A stretch of 63,410 bases of DNA, filler included, from Olpidium bornovanus S191 (taxonomy: Eukaryota > Fungi > Olpidiomycota): NCBI GenBank assembly GCA_017911155.1. It is 29 parts of 29 records of this genome, joined end to end, with 100 filler letters (N's around TTAATTAATTAA, not from the genome) between each part and the next. Parts side by side here need not be neighbours in the genome. Positions count along the whole stretch, not along the records: positions 60,172 to 61,905 come from JAEFCI010005401.1; positions 62,006 to 63,410 come from JAEFCI010003989.1; 27 more parts are not named here. One strand, 5' to 3'. Below the pieces are notes generated by a model that had not been told where the DNA came from, searched no databases, and worked only from the letters and a program-made list of their open reading frames with translations. Shown here piece by piece: positions 61,581 to 63,410 of the stretch. A program made the position numbers and the translations under genes. Within the stretch, counting starts at the first letter, position 1, and each line of letters begins with the position of its first letter.

Positions 61581-62427
61581 GGAGTTCTCTGTGTCAAAAG
61601 GGAAAAAAACGGCGCAAAATAAAAGAAAAAAGGCCTGTTGGTATACACACAACGCCCCCAAATCGTGAAATCTCCCAACGATTTGCACATGCAGAAGTCT
61701 GATAGACTAACAGACAGTACGATGCTGATGGCTCTGGTGGGTCACATCAGAGTGGTTGCGCCAAGCAAAGTGTCGGCGCCAGACCCCGGCAGGAGCGAGC
61801 CCCACCCGAGACGCGGAAGGGGGATGTTTTCTTGAAAAACACAACGGGCGAACTGCCGGAGCGGAAAATACTCACTCGTCCGTTTCGGACCAGCTGATTT
61901 CGTACNNNNNNNNNNNNNNNNNNNNNNNNNNNNNNNNNNNNNNNNNNNNTTAATTAATTAANNNNNNNNNNNNNNNNNNNNNNNNNNNNNNNNNNNNNNN
62001 NNNNNACTGCCGAGCCAAGGAAGGCGAGGATGCTGCGCGCGCCGCGAGCCCGTATAAAAAGGACGGAAAGAGAACTGTGTTCGGGGCGTGTGTTTACTAT
62101 CTCCCACTGGGCCTGATTTTACATGGCGGAGACTAAGGGCTAATACACAGGGGTAACGGAGGCTGTTGCGCACAGTGCGTCTGCGGCTCAGCCGCGGTCC
62201 CCCCCCCCCTTTACTTTCTAACACCCCGCCTGACTGAGCGCGCTAGGCTCATGGTCACTCTAATCTATGTGACCCTGGGGTTATATACCTTATAGCTCTT
62301 CTTTTCTCAGGCGGTTTCACGTTCGCGCCCGCGCACCGCCCCGACGGCCCCCCACTCCGGCCATCTTTCGGAAATTTGATGAACTTCCCTTTATCCTAAC
62401 CCAAACCCCCCCCCCCCCCCCCCCCCG

Positions 62428-62470
<43 letters not shown>

Positions 62471-62892
62471 GGGCCTTGGCGGTCGATGCAGGGGAAAAAA
62501 AAAACAACAAAATGTGACGTCCGTCCGCGACGTCCCCTCTCGCCCCCTTCTTCCCCCTTGCTTGCAAGAACTGAGTTTGACGTCCGTCCGCGACCTTCCC
62601 TCTAACCTTCCCCCTCCCCCCCCCCCCCTTTTTTCCCCCCCCCCCCCCCCCACCCCCCCCCCACCACCCCCCCCCCCCTCCCCCCCCCCCCCCCCCCCGC
62701 CCCCCTTTTTTCCCCCCCCCCCCCCCCAACCACCCGCGCAAAACGGCAGGTCCGCTCGCTTCCGCTCCCGCCCACTCCTCCGGCCCGTTGCCGCCAGCAA
62801 GGCCGCAGCACATTTTTTGTTTTCTTTTTTTTGGTCAAGTGCGGGAATCCGAACTCGAACAGACACAGCAGAGAGAGTGAAGGACACCGACG

Positions 62893-63410
62893 ATGATGGC
62901 GTTCGATGCGTTCTCCGCCACGGAGAAGCGGAACATGTTCAGGTACATTGCGGGAATCGTGCTTTACAAGTTCGCTCTGGAGACTCTGAACGGGTGCATG
63001 TCTTCGATAGTCCTGAAACGAACGAACCCGGCTTTGGGGTGAGTTTGGAAATATCATCCCCCCCCCTCCCCGAGGGGCGGTGGGGGTGTAGGTGGTGGGG
63101 TGGCGGGAGGTGGGATCGTGGTTCCGGCAGGACGTCGTTTACACCCTTTTCCTGTTTGGTAATCAGGCCCAACAAGATGTGGACGGCCATGTTGTCGATC
63201 AATTACGCCTGCCAGTGCCTCGGGTCTATTCTGGTCGCACCGCTGATCAAGAGATACAAAACGAACGTCGTCCTGTCCAGGTCGATTCTCATGTTCGGCC
63301 TTGTCGTCCTGATCGTTCCCATTTTGGAAGGTGCCACCGGCGGAGGGAGAGCGAGCGGGTTCGGGGACGAAATCAATTACTCGCCCGGTAAGGAGCACAG
63401 TTGTAGAAAC
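62893..63410 (+). CDS. MFS-type membrane transporter, 5' part
   Basis: EKRNMFRYIAGIVLYKFALETLNG, intron, then NYACQCLGSILVAPLIKRYKTNVVLSRSILMFGLVVLIVPILEGATGG. Consecutive TM helices matching a fungal MFS-like family pattern. Confidence 0.75.

Noticed and set aside
62236-62272. Two adjacent small hairpins (TGAGC/GCTCA and GGTCAC/GTGACC)
   Set aside because: Stems of 5-6 bp are expected by chance, and no ncRNA family features are present.

Overview
Eukaryotic DNA, not one continuous locus. The window is 29 unrelated short contigs (about 1.0-4.4 kb) joined by 28 artificial 100-nt spacers (44 N + TTAATTAATTAA + 44 N), so adjacency across a spacer means nothing. The contigs are GC-rich and intron-rich, with long G/C/A/T homopolymers. 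Recognisable, mostly partial genes: GTPBP1/2-like GTPase, F-box/LRR protein, RMD1/DUF155, cytoplasmic dynein-1 heavy chain C-terminus, RPB3, NEO1/ATP9 flippase, RNA14/CstF-77, U2SURP, DTD1, STT3, CFAP61, ATG9, tRNA-Ser(GCT), ERG13, AHI1 and an MFS-type transporter. Fungal-type housekeeping genes together with flagellar genes point to a zoosporic, early-diverging fungus (inference). Mobile DNA: a decayed pogo/CENP-B-like transposase, a Gag-like fragment and two inverted copies of an unidentified ~1.55-kb repeat carrying an orphan two-exon gene. The most unusual signals are that repeat family, 20 of 57 contig ends falling on CATG, several 3' splice sites preceded by poly(A) instead of a polypyrimidine tract, a 12-nt-period degenerate array, and an intronless Trp-rich orphan ORF facing away from the Gag fragment. 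I did not find a complete novel system. All gene identities come from motif recognition by eye, without database searches.
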